NCBI GenBank assembly: GCA_963664295.1 | Contig: OY760935.1 | Location: 1,024,001-1,088,000, forward strand | From: Candidatus Altimarinota bacterium | GTDB lineage: Bacteria; Patescibacteriota; Gracilibacteria; CAIRYL01; GCA-016699755 | Length of the DNA stretch: 64,000 nt | Direction: 5' to 3' | Shown: positions 1-9,402 of the stretch, piece after piece | Layout: every line of letters starts with the position of its first letter | Numbering within the stretch: the stretch's first letter is position 1 | Notes under the pieces: generated by a model | What the model was told of the DNA's origin: nothing | The model's database searches: none | Seen by the model: the letters and a program-made list of their open reading frames with translations, nothing else | Made by a program: the position numbers and the translations under genes

Positions 1-169
1 TTTAATTCGTACTAATAAAATTTTTCAAATTCCCTCAGCAGTTTCAGTTGGCATGCGAGAAGGCATGCACACGCTTGATCAGGCCTTGGAAAAATTAGTA
101 AAAGAAGGAAAAATTAGTGCCGAAGAGGCAAAAAAACATGCTCACAATCCGCGAGATTTAAATATATAA
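1..169 (+). CDS. pilT: PilT/PilU family type IV pilus retraction ATPase, C-terminal fragment (runs off window start)
   Basis: Frame from base 2 reads LIRTNKIFQIPSAVSVGMREGMHTLDQALEKLVKEGKISAEEAKKHAHNPRDLNI*, matching the PilT C-terminal pattern LIR..K..QI.S....G...GM.T.DQ.L..LV..G.I; not in the ORF track. Confidence 0.8.
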   Translation, partial: LIRTNKIFQIPSAVSVGMREGMHTLDQALEKLVKEGKISAEEAKKHAHNPRDLNI

Positions 170-229
170 TCTAACGCCTTGCACTTTTTATTTTTGCGTG
201 GCAAGATTTTCGAGACTCTTTGAAAAACT

Positions 230-1432
230 GTGAAAGAAAAATTTGCTTCCATAGAAGAAGCTTTAGCAGAGGTGAAGGCAGGAAAGCCAATTATAATTGT
301 TGATGATGAGGATCGTGAAAACGAAGGAGATTTAATGGTGGCTGGTGAAAAAATTACACCAGAAATAATCAATTTTTTTGCAAAACACGCTAGGGGGCTT
401 GTTTGCACTCCTGTTGAGAAACCTATTTCTGACAGGCTAGACTTTCATCCAATGACAGAAAAGGCTGATGAAGATACTTGTAATTTTGCTATTTCTGTTG
501 ATGCAAGGAAGGGTGTTGATACTGGTATTTCTGCTGGTGACCGTGCTTACACAATTCAAAAAATTGTTGACGAAAGTTCTGTGGCAAAGGATTTTGTTCG
601 TCCAGGACACGTTTTTCCTTTGAATGCAAAAGAAGGTGGAGTTTTAGTGCGTTGTGGTCATACCGAAGCTTCAATTGATCTTTGTAAATTGGCTGGATTT
701 AAAGGCGTGGCAGTAATTTGTGAAATCATGAATGATGATGGCACGATGGCAAGAGTGCCAGATATTTTTCAGTTTGCTGAAAAACACGATGTAAAAGTGA
801 TGACAATTTCCGACTTAGTGGCTTATAGAAGGCAAAAAGAAAAATTGGTTAAAAAAATATCTGAAGCAAGTTTGCCCACTGCCTTTGGCTATTTTCGTAT
901 TCATGTTTTTGAGGAGCAAATCACAGGAAAAAACCATGTTGCTTTAACAATGGGCGATCTTGCGAACGCAGAAAATCCTTTAGTGCGTGTTCATTCTGAG
1001 TGTTTGACCGGTGATGTTTTTTATTCTTTGCGTTGTGATTGCGGTATTCAGCTTAAGCAAGCAATGCAAAAAATTGCAGAAGAAAAAACTGGAGTTTTAT
1101 TATATATGAGCCAAGAGGGGCGCGGTGTGGGCTTGAGCAACAAAATATCGGCCTATCACTTGCAGGATCAGGGATTAGATACAGTTGAAGCCAATGAAGA
1201 ATTAGGTTTTAAAAGTGACCTTCGTGATTATGGGATTGGTGCCCAGATATTAAAGGATTTTGGTTTGCAAAAAATTCGTCTTTTAACGAATAATCCACAA
1301 AAAATAGTTGGACTTAAAGGGCATGGACTTGAAATAACAGAAAGAATTTCCATACAAGCCCCAATAACAAAAGAGAATGAGAATTATTTAAAAACTAAAA
1401 AAGATAAAATGGGTCATCTTTTAGATGATTGA
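230..1432 (+). CDS. ribBA: Bifunctional DHBP synthase / GTP cyclohydrolase II
   Basis: DDEDRENEGDL, RPGHVFPL, RxGHTEA (RibB) and RVHSECLTGD, RCDCG, QEGRGVGL, LLTNNP (RibA). Confidence 0.97.
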   Translation: MKEKFASIEEALAEVKAGKPIIIVDDEDRENEGDLMVAGEKITPEIINFFAKHARGLVCTPVEKPISDRLDFHPMTEKADEDTCNFAISVDARKGVDTGISAGDRAYTIQKIVDESSVAKDFVRPGHVFPLNAKEGGVLVRCGHTEASIDLCKLAGFKGVAVICEIMNDDGTMARVPDIFQFAEKHDVKVMTISDLVAYRRQKEKLVKKISEASLPTAFGYFRIHVFEEQITGKNHVALTMGDLANAENPLVRVHSECLTGDVFYSLRCDCGIQLKQAMQKIAEEKTGVLLYMSQEGRGVGLSNKISAYHLQDQGLDTVEANEELGFKSDLRDYGIGAQILKDFGLQKIRLLTNNPQKIVGLKGHGLEITERISIQAPITKENENYLKTKKDKMGHLLDD

Positions 1433-1487
1433 TTTGTTTTTTTGTAAAAAATCTTTAGAATAATAAAAGCCTTTTTAAATACACCTT

Positions 1488-1574
1488 ATGAAAATTAATT
1501 TCGACGGTGGTTGCGGTGGAGGTTGCTGTGACTATCAAGGTGGTGGCTGTGGAGGTGGTTGTTGCGGTGAGTAA
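1488..1574 (+). CDS. Unannotated 28-aa Cys/Gly-rich peptide MKINFDGGCGGGCCDYQGGGCGGGCCGE
   Basis: ATG at 1488, TAA at 1572-1574; GC-rich island in AT-rich spacer; GGCGGGCC motif repeated with different synonymous codons; followed by terminator. Confidence 0.65.
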   Translation: MKINFDGGCGGGCCDYQGGGCGGGCCGE

Positions 1575-1599
1575 TAACCCTTTCTTATGAGTTGCCCAC

Positions 1600-1628
1600 A
1601 AAAAAAATCCGCCTAAGGCGGATTTTTT
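1600..1628. terminator. Bidirectional intrinsic terminator
   Basis: A-tract-ATCCGCC-TAA-GGCGGAT-T-tract between convergent genes. Confidence 0.85.
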
Positions 1629-1653
1629 AATACAAATTTATTTATTTATGTTT

Positions 1654-2253
1654 TTATGAAGCAAATCTTTCCAAAAAATAACTAACAATACTTGGTGCAG
1701 AAAAGCCAATTATTCCACCAATAATTGCGCCAATAATTGCCTTTTTAGCCTTTGACATTTTTTCTTCATTGCCAGCTGCGGTAGCAAACATAATTCCGCC
1801 CCATGTCACAATAAGCACACAAATAGGACCCAAGATATAATAACCAAGTACATTAGTTGCATTTTGAATTATTTCACTTAAGTCTTTTGAATTTCCTCCA
1901 ATTGAAATATTACCATCTTTGCCATCACAATTTTCATCAATTCCATTGTCCATTTTTTCAATAGCACCAGGGTTTATATCTGCACCTTTTACAGTACCAC
2001 CAGTGATATCAGGGTTATAAACCTTGTTAGCATCAACCTGCGCAGGATCATCAGCATCAATAATAGGAAAATCGCAACGATATTCCTCAATTCCTTTTGA
2101 GCCAATAGCAGGCAAATCTTCGTTTGTACAACCTGTGCCATCATCGGCATAATAGCGATCTTTGTCTTGATCAACACATTCAGCTAAAGCCAAAGGAGCA
2201 ACAAGCATAAAAGCTAGACAAGAAAAAGATAATAAAGAAATAATTTTTTTCAT
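1654..2253 (-). CDS. TrbC/VirB2-like pilin with N-terminal MopE-like metal-binding motif
   Basis: Signal peptide; DQDKDRY...INPGAIEKMDNGIDENCDG motif; C-terminal two TM helices with GG..FATAAGNEEKMSKAKKAIIGAIIG typical of CPR pilin-like proteins. Confidence 0.7.
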   Translation of the reverse strand: MKKIISLLSFSCLAFMLVAPLALAECVDQDKDRYYADDGTGCTNEDLPAIGSKGIEEYRCDFPIIDADDPAQVDANKVYNPDITGGTVKGADINPGAIEKMDNGIDENCDGKDGNISIGGNSKDLSEIIQNATNVLGYYILGPICVLIVTWGGIMFATAAGNEEKMSKAKKAIIGAIIGGIIGFSAPSIVSYFLERFAS

Positions 2254-2293
2254 ATTTTTTAATTAAACTAAAAATATTTTGAAGTTAAAGGGC

Positions 2294-3259
2294 TTAAATT
2301 GCAAGCCCAACTCTTTTTTTAATTAAATTCAGTTTTTCAGAAGCTATTTTTTGAGCTTTTTGAGCTCCATTTTGTAGTAATATTTTTACTTGTTCAGGAT
2401 TTTTTGCTAATTCTTCTCTTTTTTCTCGATAAGGTTTTAGATAATCAAGCACTTTGTCAGCCAATTCTTTTTTCATGTCGCCATAACCTGTGCCACCTTT
2501 AAGAAATTTTTCTCTAAACAAGGACAATTCTTCGGAGTTCATAAATAATTTTGCAATGGCATAAATTATGTTTTCGTCAGGATTTTTTGGCTCATCTACT
2601 CCTTTTGAGTCGGTTTTAATTGACATTATTTTTTTGCGTAAATCTTTTTCAGGTGCAAATATTTCCAAAGTGTTTCCATAGCTTTTACTCATTTTTTGTC
2701 CATCTATACCAGGAATTATGCCAGTTTCTTCTGATATTTTTACATCAGGTATTTTAAAAGTATCTCCATAGTTATTATTAAACTTTTGCCCAAGATCACG
2801 AGTCACTTCTACATGTTGTTTTTGGTCTTTGCCAACAGGCACAATATCTGCATCGTAAAGCAAAATATCTGATGCCATTAAAACAGGATAATAAAAAAGA
2901 CCAACATTAGCCTCCATTCCTTTGGCTATTTTGTCTTTATAACTATGACAACGCTCTAGTAAGCCCATTGGCGCAAGACAGCCAAGCGACCAGGCAAGCT
3001 CAGTGTGTCCCGTAATATCACTTTGTCGATAAAAAACAGCTTTTTCCGGATTAAGGCCTAAAGCAAGATAGTCTATTGCTACATTTAGAACATTTTTACT
3101 TAATTCTTCGGCTCTATGAACAGTGGTCATAGCATGTAGGTCAGCAATAAAAATAAAAGCCTCATGTTCTTTTGATAGATTGATTACTGGCAACATGGCA
3201 CCAAATAAATTTCCTATATGTGGCGTACCACTTGGTTGAATTCCTGTTAAAACTCTCAT
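2294..3259 (-). CDS. trpS: Tryptophan--tRNA ligase
   Basis: TGIQPSG, HIGN, YPVLMASDIL, VPVGKDQKQH, KMSKS. Confidence 0.98.
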   Translation of the reverse strand: MRVLTGIQPSGTPHIGNLFGAMLPVINLSKEHEAFIFIADLHAMTTVHRAEELSKNVLNVAIDYLALGLNPEKAVFYRQSDITGHTELAWSLGCLAPMGLLERCHSYKDKIAKGMEANVGLFYYPVLMASDILLYDADIVPVGKDQKQHVEVTRDLGQKFNNNYGDTFKIPDVKISEETGIIPGIDGQKMSKSYGNTLEIFAPEKDLRKKIMSIKTDSKGVDEPKNPDENIIYAIAKLFMNSEELSLFREKFLKGGTGYGDMKKELADKVLDYLKPYREKREELAKNPEQVKILLQNGAQKAQKIASEKLNLIKKRVGLAI

Positions 3260-3390
3260 TTCAAAAAATAAAATACTTTAATAATTTTACTTACTATCTT
3301 CATAATAGGCAAAAAATTATTAAATTTAAGAAAAAAATTTGACTAAACCGAATTTTTAAGTGAAAATATTAGAAATTATTTTTTGAAATT

Positions 3391-4848
3391 ATGAGTGAAA
3401 TGTCCCTAAAATTGACGTTTGATGATGTGCTTTTAGTCCCTCAGTATTCTGAGATATTGCCTCGTGACGTTGATACAAGTAGTTATTTTTCTAAGAATAT
3501 TAAAATTAAAACTCCACTTGTTTCTGCGGCTATGGACACTGTCACAGAGAGTTTAATGGCTATTGAAATGGCTTTAGCTGGTGGCATTGGCGTAATTCAC
3601 AAAAACTTAACCCCAGAAGAGCAAGCAAAAGAGGTGGCAACAGTAAAGCGTTTTGAAAATGGTTTTATTCGCAATCCAGAAGTATTACCACCTGATGCAA
3701 AAATAGAAAAAGCTTTTGAGATAAGAAAAAAGCTTGGCTTTAAGGCAATTCCAATCACAAAAGATGGTAAACCAAACGGAAAAGTGGTTGGACTAATAAC
3801 AGCCAATGATTTTTTTATTGATCGTCATCGTGATGTGAAAGTAAAAGAACGCATGACGCCAAGAAAAAATCTTTTTACAGCACAAGAAGGAATATCCCTA
3901 GAGGAAGCCAGAGAATTATTAGAAGAATCAAAACATTCCAAGTTAATTATTTTAGACAAAAATGACAGACTATTTGCCATGGTCACTCGTCGTGATATTG
4001 AAAAAAACCGAAATTTCCCAAATTCAACTTTGGATAAAGAAAATAGGTTGGCAGTTTCTGCAGCAGTTGGTCCTTCTGACATTAAAGAAAGGGCAAAACT
4101 TCTTGCAAAAGCAGGTGTAGATGCCTTTGTTGTCGACACTGCACATGGTCATTCTAAAGGCGTGATTGATACGGTCAAATACCTAAAAAAGAATTACAAA
4201 AAAATTGATGTAATTGCTGGCAATGTTGCCACCAAAGAAGGAGTAAAGAAGTTAATAGAAGCTGGTGTAGATGGGGTAAAAATTGGTATTGGCCCTGGCT
4301 CAATTTGTACTACTCGTATTATTTCTGGGGTTGGTGTTCCGCAATTATCTGCAATTATTGAGTGTGGACAAGAGGCACAAAAACACAAAATTCCTCTTAT
4401 TGCCGATGGTGGAATTAGGTATTCTGGTGATGCCGCAAAGGCTTTGGCTGCTGGTGCAAGTTCTGTTATGCTCGGCTCTCTTTTGGCTGGCACAAAAGAA
4501 GCGCCCGGTGAATTGATTTTTTCAGAAGGTAAAACTTTTAAAGTTTATCGTGGTATGGGTTCATTATCTGCTATGAAAAAAGGTAGCGCAGAAAGGTATG
4601 GTCAAGATGTTGCAGAAAAATTAGTGCCAGAAGGTATTGAAGGAAAAACAGTTTATAAAGGTAGCGTGAGGGGAGAGGTTTTTCAAATAGTTGGTGGAAT
4701 ACGCTCTTCTATGGGCTATCAAGGTGCTAAAAAAATTAGCGATCTTCACAAAAAGGCAAAATTTGTACGAATTTCTGCCTCAGCAATGAAAGAAAGCCAT
4801 CCTCACAGCATTTTTATTTCCAAAGAAGCGCCAAATTATCGTAAATAA
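3391..4848 (+). CDS. guaB: IMP dehydrogenase
   Basis: LTFDDVLLVP, SAAMDTVT, CBS region, GIGPGSICTTR, YRGMGS. Confidence 0.98.
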   Translation: MSEMSLKLTFDDVLLVPQYSEILPRDVDTSSYFSKNIKIKTPLVSAAMDTVTESLMAIEMALAGGIGVIHKNLTPEEQAKEVATVKRFENGFIRNPEVLPPDAKIEKAFEIRKKLGFKAIPITKDGKPNGKVVGLITANDFFIDRHRDVKVKERMTPRKNLFTAQEGISLEEARELLEESKHSKLIILDKNDRLFAMVTRRDIEKNRNFPNSTLDKENRLAVSAAVGPSDIKERAKLLAKAGVDAFVVDTAHGHSKGVIDTVKYLKKNYKKIDVIAGNVATKEGVKKLIEAGVDGVKIGIGPGSICTTRIISGVGVPQLSAIIECGQEAQKHKIPLIADGGIRYSGDAAKALAAGASSVMLGSLLAGTKEAPGELIFSEGKTFKVYRGMGSLSAMKKGSAERYGQDVAEKLVPEGIEGKTVYKGSVRGEVFQIVGGIRSSMGYQGAKKISDLHKKAKFVRISASAMKESHPHSIFISKEAPNYRK

Positions 4849-4863
4849 ATTTTTATTTTAATT

Positions 4864-5292
4864 ATGAAAAAAGTTTACATAGCCTCCGACCATGGTGGAT
4901 ATGCACTAAAAAAAGACATTATTGAAATGTTTAATAGTGATTATGAATTTATTGATTTAGGTTGTAATTCTGAAGCTAGTGTGGATTATCCCCAATATGG
5001 AAGAATGGCATCAGAAAAAGCAGTTGAGGACAATACTTTGGCCATTGTAATTTGTGGTACGGGTTTAGGTATTTCTATTGCAGCAAATAAGGTTAAGGGG
5101 GCTCGTTGTGCATTATGTATTAATTCAACCATGGCTTATTTAGCAAAAGAACACAATAATGCTAATGTGCTTGCTTTGGGTGGTAGAATTATTGGTAAAG
5201 AATTGGCTCGTGATATTGTAGATACTTTCTTAAAAACACCCTTTTCTGAAAGCGAGCGTCATACTCGTCGAATTTCTGAGATTGAGCTATGA
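4864..5292 (+). CDS. rpiB: Ribose-5-phosphate isomerase B
   Basis: SDHGG, DYP, ICGTGLG, ANKVKGAR, HNNANVLALG, RH.RR. Confidence 0.95.
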   Translation: MKKVYIASDHGGYALKKDIIEMFNSDYEFIDLGCNSEASVDYPQYGRMASEKAVEDNTLAIVICGTGLGISIAANKVKGARCALCINSTMAYLAKEHNNANVLALGGRIIGKELARDIVDTFLKTPFSESERHTRRISEIEL

Positions 5293-5540
5293 AAAAAGCG
5301 AATTTAATTTCATTATCAAGCTGGCTTGGTGCATGCTTATTCGTACTTGCTTATGTATTGCTTTCTTTTGATGTTTTATCTAGTCATAGTGTGGTTTATC
5401 ATAGCATTAATTTAATTGGTGCTTTTTTTTATATTCCTGATATTTTTATCAAAAAAGCATTTTCTGCTGTTTTTATAGAAATTATTTGGGGCAGTGTTGC
5501 AACAATTTCTATTATTAGAATTATATATTATGCAAATTAA
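5289..5540 (+). CDS. Small multi-TM membrane protein (CBU_0592-like)
   Basis: 83 aa hydrophobic; W.G....AY.L...Y...NLIGA pattern; overlaps both neighbours. Confidence 0.55.
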   Translation: MKKANLISLSSWLGACLFVLAYVLLSFDVLSSHSVVYHSINLIGAFFYIPDIFIKKAFSAVFIEIIWGSVATISIIRIIYYAN

Positions 5541-6156
5541 ATTTTTCCCTTCACTTTTATCTGCAGATTTTGGTGCTTTGCAAGCGGAAATAAATTCTGT
5601 AGAAGATTTTGTAGATGGTTTCCATTTTGATGTAATGGATGGTCATTTTGTGCCCAATCTCACAGTTGGTGCGCCAGTTTTGAAGTGTTTAAAAACCAAT
5701 AAAATTTTTGATGCACACTTAATGATTGCAAATCCGGAAAAATATATTGAGGATTTTGTAAAAGCAGGTGCACATTGGATATCTATTCATGCAGAAACCG
5801 TAAAAAATCCAACAGAAATTTTAAAAAAAATAAAATTACTAGGAGCAAAAGCAGGCTTAGTGCTTAATCCAGAGACAAGTCTAGATGATTATTTAGAAGA
5901 TTTTAAAGAGGCAAACTTTGCTTTAATTATGAGCGTAAATCCTGGTTTTGGCGGACAAGGTTTCATGCCTGAAGTTTTAGAAAAAGTTCGTATTTTACGC
6001 AAAAGTTTTCCAGAAATGGATATTCAAATAGACGGTGGCATTAATGATAAAACAGTAAAACAAGCCATTGAGGCAGGTTGTAATGTTGTTGTTTCAGGTT
6101 CTTATTTTTGGGGAAGTGATGATCGCGAAGAAACAGCAAATTTATTGCGCACTTGA
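5530..6156 (+). CDS. rpe: Ribulose-phosphate 3-epimerase
   Basis: PSLLSADF, HFDVMDGHFVPN, DAHLM, MSVNPGFGGQ, IDGGI; start placed at ATG 5530. Confidence 0.97.
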   Translation: MQIKFFPSLLSADFGALQAEINSVEDFVDGFHFDVMDGHFVPNLTVGAPVLKCLKTNKIFDAHLMIANPEKYIEDFVKAGAHWISIHAETVKNPTEILKKIKLLGAKAGLVLNPETSLDDYLEDFKEANFALIMSVNPGFGGQGFMPEVLEKVRILRKSFPEMDIQIDGGINDKTVKQAIEAGCNVVVSGSYFWGSDDREETANLLRT

Positions 6157-6201
6157 CAAAAAATTGGATTTTTTTAAAATCAAAGTAAATTTAGCCTTAC
6201 A

Positions 6202-6519
6202 ATGCACACATTTCGTAAAGTTTTTGAAAAATTTCCCCATAAAATTACAGATCCGGAAGTTTTAGCGCTAATGAAACAAACTGGTGTTGAGCAGTTTGGT
6301 GTTTGTAAAAAAGTAAAAGCAATAGGAGCAAAAACTAGAGAGGGGGTAATGTGTTGTGTGCGAAAAGTCGGAGGGACATGTGCTGATTTTTGGGACGAAG
6401 CAGGCAAAAATTGCCCATTTTCACAAGTAGTTAGAGATCCCTACAAAATTGATCATGACAATAACAAGCCATTGGCAACCTTATTGCACAGAGTTGATAC
6501 TGACAGAGAAATAGTTTAA
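6202..6519 (+). CDS. Hypothetical Cys-containing protein
   Basis: 105-aa ORF filling the rpe-purH gap; upstream TTGACA-N16-TAAAAT at 6153-6180. Confidence 0.55.
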   Translation: MHTFRKVFEKFPHKITDPEVLALMKQTGVEQFGVCKKVKAIGAKTREGVMCCVRKVGGTCADFWDEAGKNCPFSQVVRDPYKIDHDNNKPLATLLHRVDTDREIV

Positions 6520-6578
6520 TAATTCCCTGTAAATTTTCTTCAAAATATGCGAAAATTTGAGCATATTTTTTTGCTGAA

Positions 6579-8075
6579 ATGATTAAAAAAATAAACAGAG
6601 CGCTTGTTTCTGCTTTTAATAAAGAAGGCATTGTTGATTTTGTAAAATTTTTAGCCGATCAAGGCACAGAAATAGTCTCTACTGGAGGCACAGCAAAATT
6701 ACTTCGAGAAAATAATATTGAAGTAAAAGATATTTCTGACTTAACAGGTTTTCCAGAGATGCTTGATGGCAGGGTGAAAACTCTTCATCCACGTGTTCAT
6801 GGGGGCTTGCTTTATGTGCGCGGTAATCAAGAACACGAAAATACTATTAAAGAACATGACATTAAACCAATTGATTTAGTTTTAATTGATTTATATCCTT
6901 TTGACAAAGTTGCGGAAGAGGAAAAAATAGAAATGATTGATATTGGCGGACCCTCCATGCTTCGCAGTTCAGCAAAAAACTTTGATAGCGTCACCGTAAT
7001 AGCAAATAAAAATTATATGCAGGAAGTGCAGGCGGAAATTGAAAAAGAAGGAGGAACAACACTAGAAACACGAAAAAAATTAGCAGGAATTGCTTTTAAA
7101 ACAACATCGCAATATGATTCAAAAATTGCTGAATATTTTGATCCAAATTTCAAAGGAATATTTAATGAAAAAATTCAAGAACTTAGATACGGAGAAAACC
7201 CTCATCAAACAGCAGGTTTTTACAAAAACCTAGGAGTTAATGTTAGCCCATCTATTGTTAATGCTAGGCAATTGCACGGAAAAGAGCTTTCTTTTAATAA
7301 TATTTTAGACGGCAATGCGGCATTGGAATTGGCTACTGAGTTTTCCGACCCCTTTTGTGCAGTCATAAAACATACTAATCCTTGTGGAGCTGCGGAAGCT
7401 GACACAATAGAAGAGGCTTTTGAAAAAGCTCACGCTGGCGATCCTTTGTCTGCTTTTGGTGGCATTATTGCAATCAATCGACCTTGCTCAAAAGAATTAG
7501 CAGAAAAAATATCCCAAGCAGGATTTTTTGAAATTATTATTGCTCCAAGTTTTGCCAGTGAAGCCTTGGAAATATTACAAAAAAAGAAAAATGTACGCCT
7601 CTTAGAGGTTGGTGAAATAAAACCAGTGCAAGACCAAAAAGACATCAGAAGTGTTTTGGGTGGATTTTTAATTCAAGATCGTGATGAAAAAATGTTAATA
7701 GAAAAAGATTTACAAGGAGCAGAAGTAGAAGATGTAAAAGATTTATTATTTAGCTGGAAAATTGTTAAATATGTAAAATCAAATGCAATTGCTGTGACAA
7801 AAAATAGAGCGATTTTAGGCATTGGTGCAGGTCAAATGTCTAGAGTAAAGTCAATGGATATAGCCCTTGAAAAAGCAGGAGAAAAAGCAAAAGGAGCAAT
7901 TTGTTCTTCTGATGCGTTTTTTCCATTTGCAGATTCTGTAGAATTAGCCTCAAAACACGGAATAAAAACAATAGTACAACCAGGAGGCAGTGTTCGTGAT
8001 CCAGAAGTGCTAGAAAGTGCCAAAAAACTAAACATTAAAATGGTGCTAACTGGCACAAGGGCATTTAAGCATTGA
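6579..8075 (+). CDS. purH: AICAR transformylase/IMP cyclohydrolase
   Basis: STGGT, GRVKTLHP, IDIGGP, LRYGENPHQ, KHTNPCG, SDAFFPF, QPGGS. Confidence 0.98.
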   Translation: MIKKINRALVSAFNKEGIVDFVKFLADQGTEIVSTGGTAKLLRENNIEVKDISDLTGFPEMLDGRVKTLHPRVHGGLLYVRGNQEHENTIKEHDIKPIDLVLIDLYPFDKVAEEEKIEMIDIGGPSMLRSSAKNFDSVTVIANKNYMQEVQAEIEKEGGTTLETRKKLAGIAFKTTSQYDSKIAEYFDPNFKGIFNEKIQELRYGENPHQTAGFYKNLGVNVSPSIVNARQLHGKELSFNNILDGNAALELATEFSDPFCAVIKHTNPCGAAEADTIEEAFEKAHAGDPLSAFGGIIAINRPCSKELAEKISQAGFFEIIIAPSFASEALEILQKKKNVRLLEVGEIKPVQDQKDIRSVLGGFLIQDRDEKMLIEKDLQGAEVEDVKDLLFSWKIVKYVKSNAIAVTKNRAILGIGAGQMSRVKSMDIALEKAGEKAKGAICSSDAFFPFADSVELASKHGIKTIVQPGGSVRDPEVLESAKKLNIKMVLTGTRAFKH

Positions 8076-8260
8076 TAAAAAAATGGCTTAAAAAAACCAT
8101 TTTATATTCCCATATTGTTTGTAGTTGTTTTACTAAAACAACAATTTGACAAAATGTCAATAATAAATCCTTGCAAATATTAGACATTGTGTTTAATAAT
8201 GGTAAACTCTTTTTCTAATACTTATAAAACTTGTAGATTTACTCTTTAATTAAATAACAA

Positions 8261-9343
8261 ATGAAAACATTTTTTTGCAAAATAGCCCTGTCAATTTCCA
8301 TTTTTGTTTTGTGTTTTAGTTTTGTCACTAATGCAGAAGCCTATGGTAGTAGTAACAACAGAGGTGGCACAGGTAGTGCTGATATTGGTGTTTGTGGTGG
8401 TGCAAATACACCATCTTTTTCTGACATTGAACCTATTAAAAACGCAAATTTAAACAGCTTAAACGAAGTAAGTTTTATTGTCACAGGTAATGATATCAAT
8501 AAAGAAAGCATTAGTATTTCTGTTGAAGGCGAAGCATTGCAATTAAACATTAGAGAGTTATCAGATAGTACATTTTTGGTAGAAGGTGATACAAGTGGTT
8601 TAAACCTTGAAGATGGCCTAGTTTATATTTCATTATCAGCCACAGGAGGAAGGGAGTGCTTAAAAACAAGTTCTTATTTTGTAGAGTTAGATAAAAAAGG
8701 AGAATTACCAAAAGACCCAGATGACACAGATGATGATGACGATGGAGACACAGGTGATGATGGTGATACAGGTAGTGACGACGACGATGATGATGAATTT
8801 AGCGCAAAAGACAAAGGCCATTGGGCATTTACTTATGCAAAAAAATTAGTTAATAGAGGTGTTTTAACAGGTGATGGAGAAACTGGAGAGCTAAGACTTG
8901 ATGACCCAATTCAACGCATAGAGTTGTTAGTAGCTGTTATGAGAGCTTTCCGAGTTTCAGTGCCAAGTTTCCTTGAGGAAAAGCCGTTTAATGATGTGCC
9001 AGCTGACGAATGGTTTGCGCCTTATGTTGCAAAAGCAAAAGCATTAGGCTGGGTAGATGGTTATGAAAATGGAAAATTATTTAAGCCAGGAGCTGGGATA
9101 ACCAGAGCAGAAGCATTAAAAATAATTTTTATGGTTGCAGGAATAGATGCAGAATATACCAACACACCTTTTATTGATGTCGACGAAAATGATTGGTTTG
9201 CACCTTATGTTGCCTGGGCTTTTGATAGACAACTAGTAGAAGGCTATGGAAATAATAAAAATCTTTTTAGGCCAGACAGAGAAATTACAAGAGGAGAAAT
9301 ATCAAAAATATTGGTTAAACTTCTAGAGTACCTTAACCTTTAA
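8261..9343 (+). CDS. Secreted S-layer homology (SLH) domain protein
   Basis: Signal peptide, Asp-rich linker, three C-terminal SLH repeats (e.g. F.DV...W.APYV...G...F.P...ITR.E). Confidence 0.85.
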   Translation: MKTFFCKIALSISIFVLCFSFVTNAEAYGSSNNRGGTGSADIGVCGGANTPSFSDIEPIKNANLNSLNEVSFIVTGNDINKESISISVEGEALQLNIRELSDSTFLVEGDTSGLNLEDGLVYISLSATGGRECLKTSSYFVELDKKGELPKDPDDTDDDDDGDTGDDGDTGSDDDDDDEFSAKDKGHWAFTYAKKLVNRGVLTGDGETGELRLDDPIQRIELLVAVMRAFRVSVPSFLEEKPFNDVPADEWFAPYVAKAKALGWVDGYENGKLFKPGAGITRAEALKIIFMVAGIDAEYTNTPFIDVDENDWFAPYVAWAFDRQLVEGYGNNKNLFRPDREITRGEISKILVKLLEYLNL

Positions 9344-9372
9344 AATAGTTCGGATTAAATTTTAAAAGCTTT

Positions 9373-9402
9373 AAAATCATCTATATAAAATAGATGATTT
9401 TT
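9373..9402. terminator. Hairpin between convergent genes
   Basis: AAAATCATCTAT-N5-ATAGATGATTTT. Confidence 0.55.

Noticed and set aside
8145-8159. Palindrome TTGACA-AAA-TGTCAA upstream of the SLH gene
   Set aside because: Could be an operator but is short and single; not distinguishable from chance or overlapping -35 boxes
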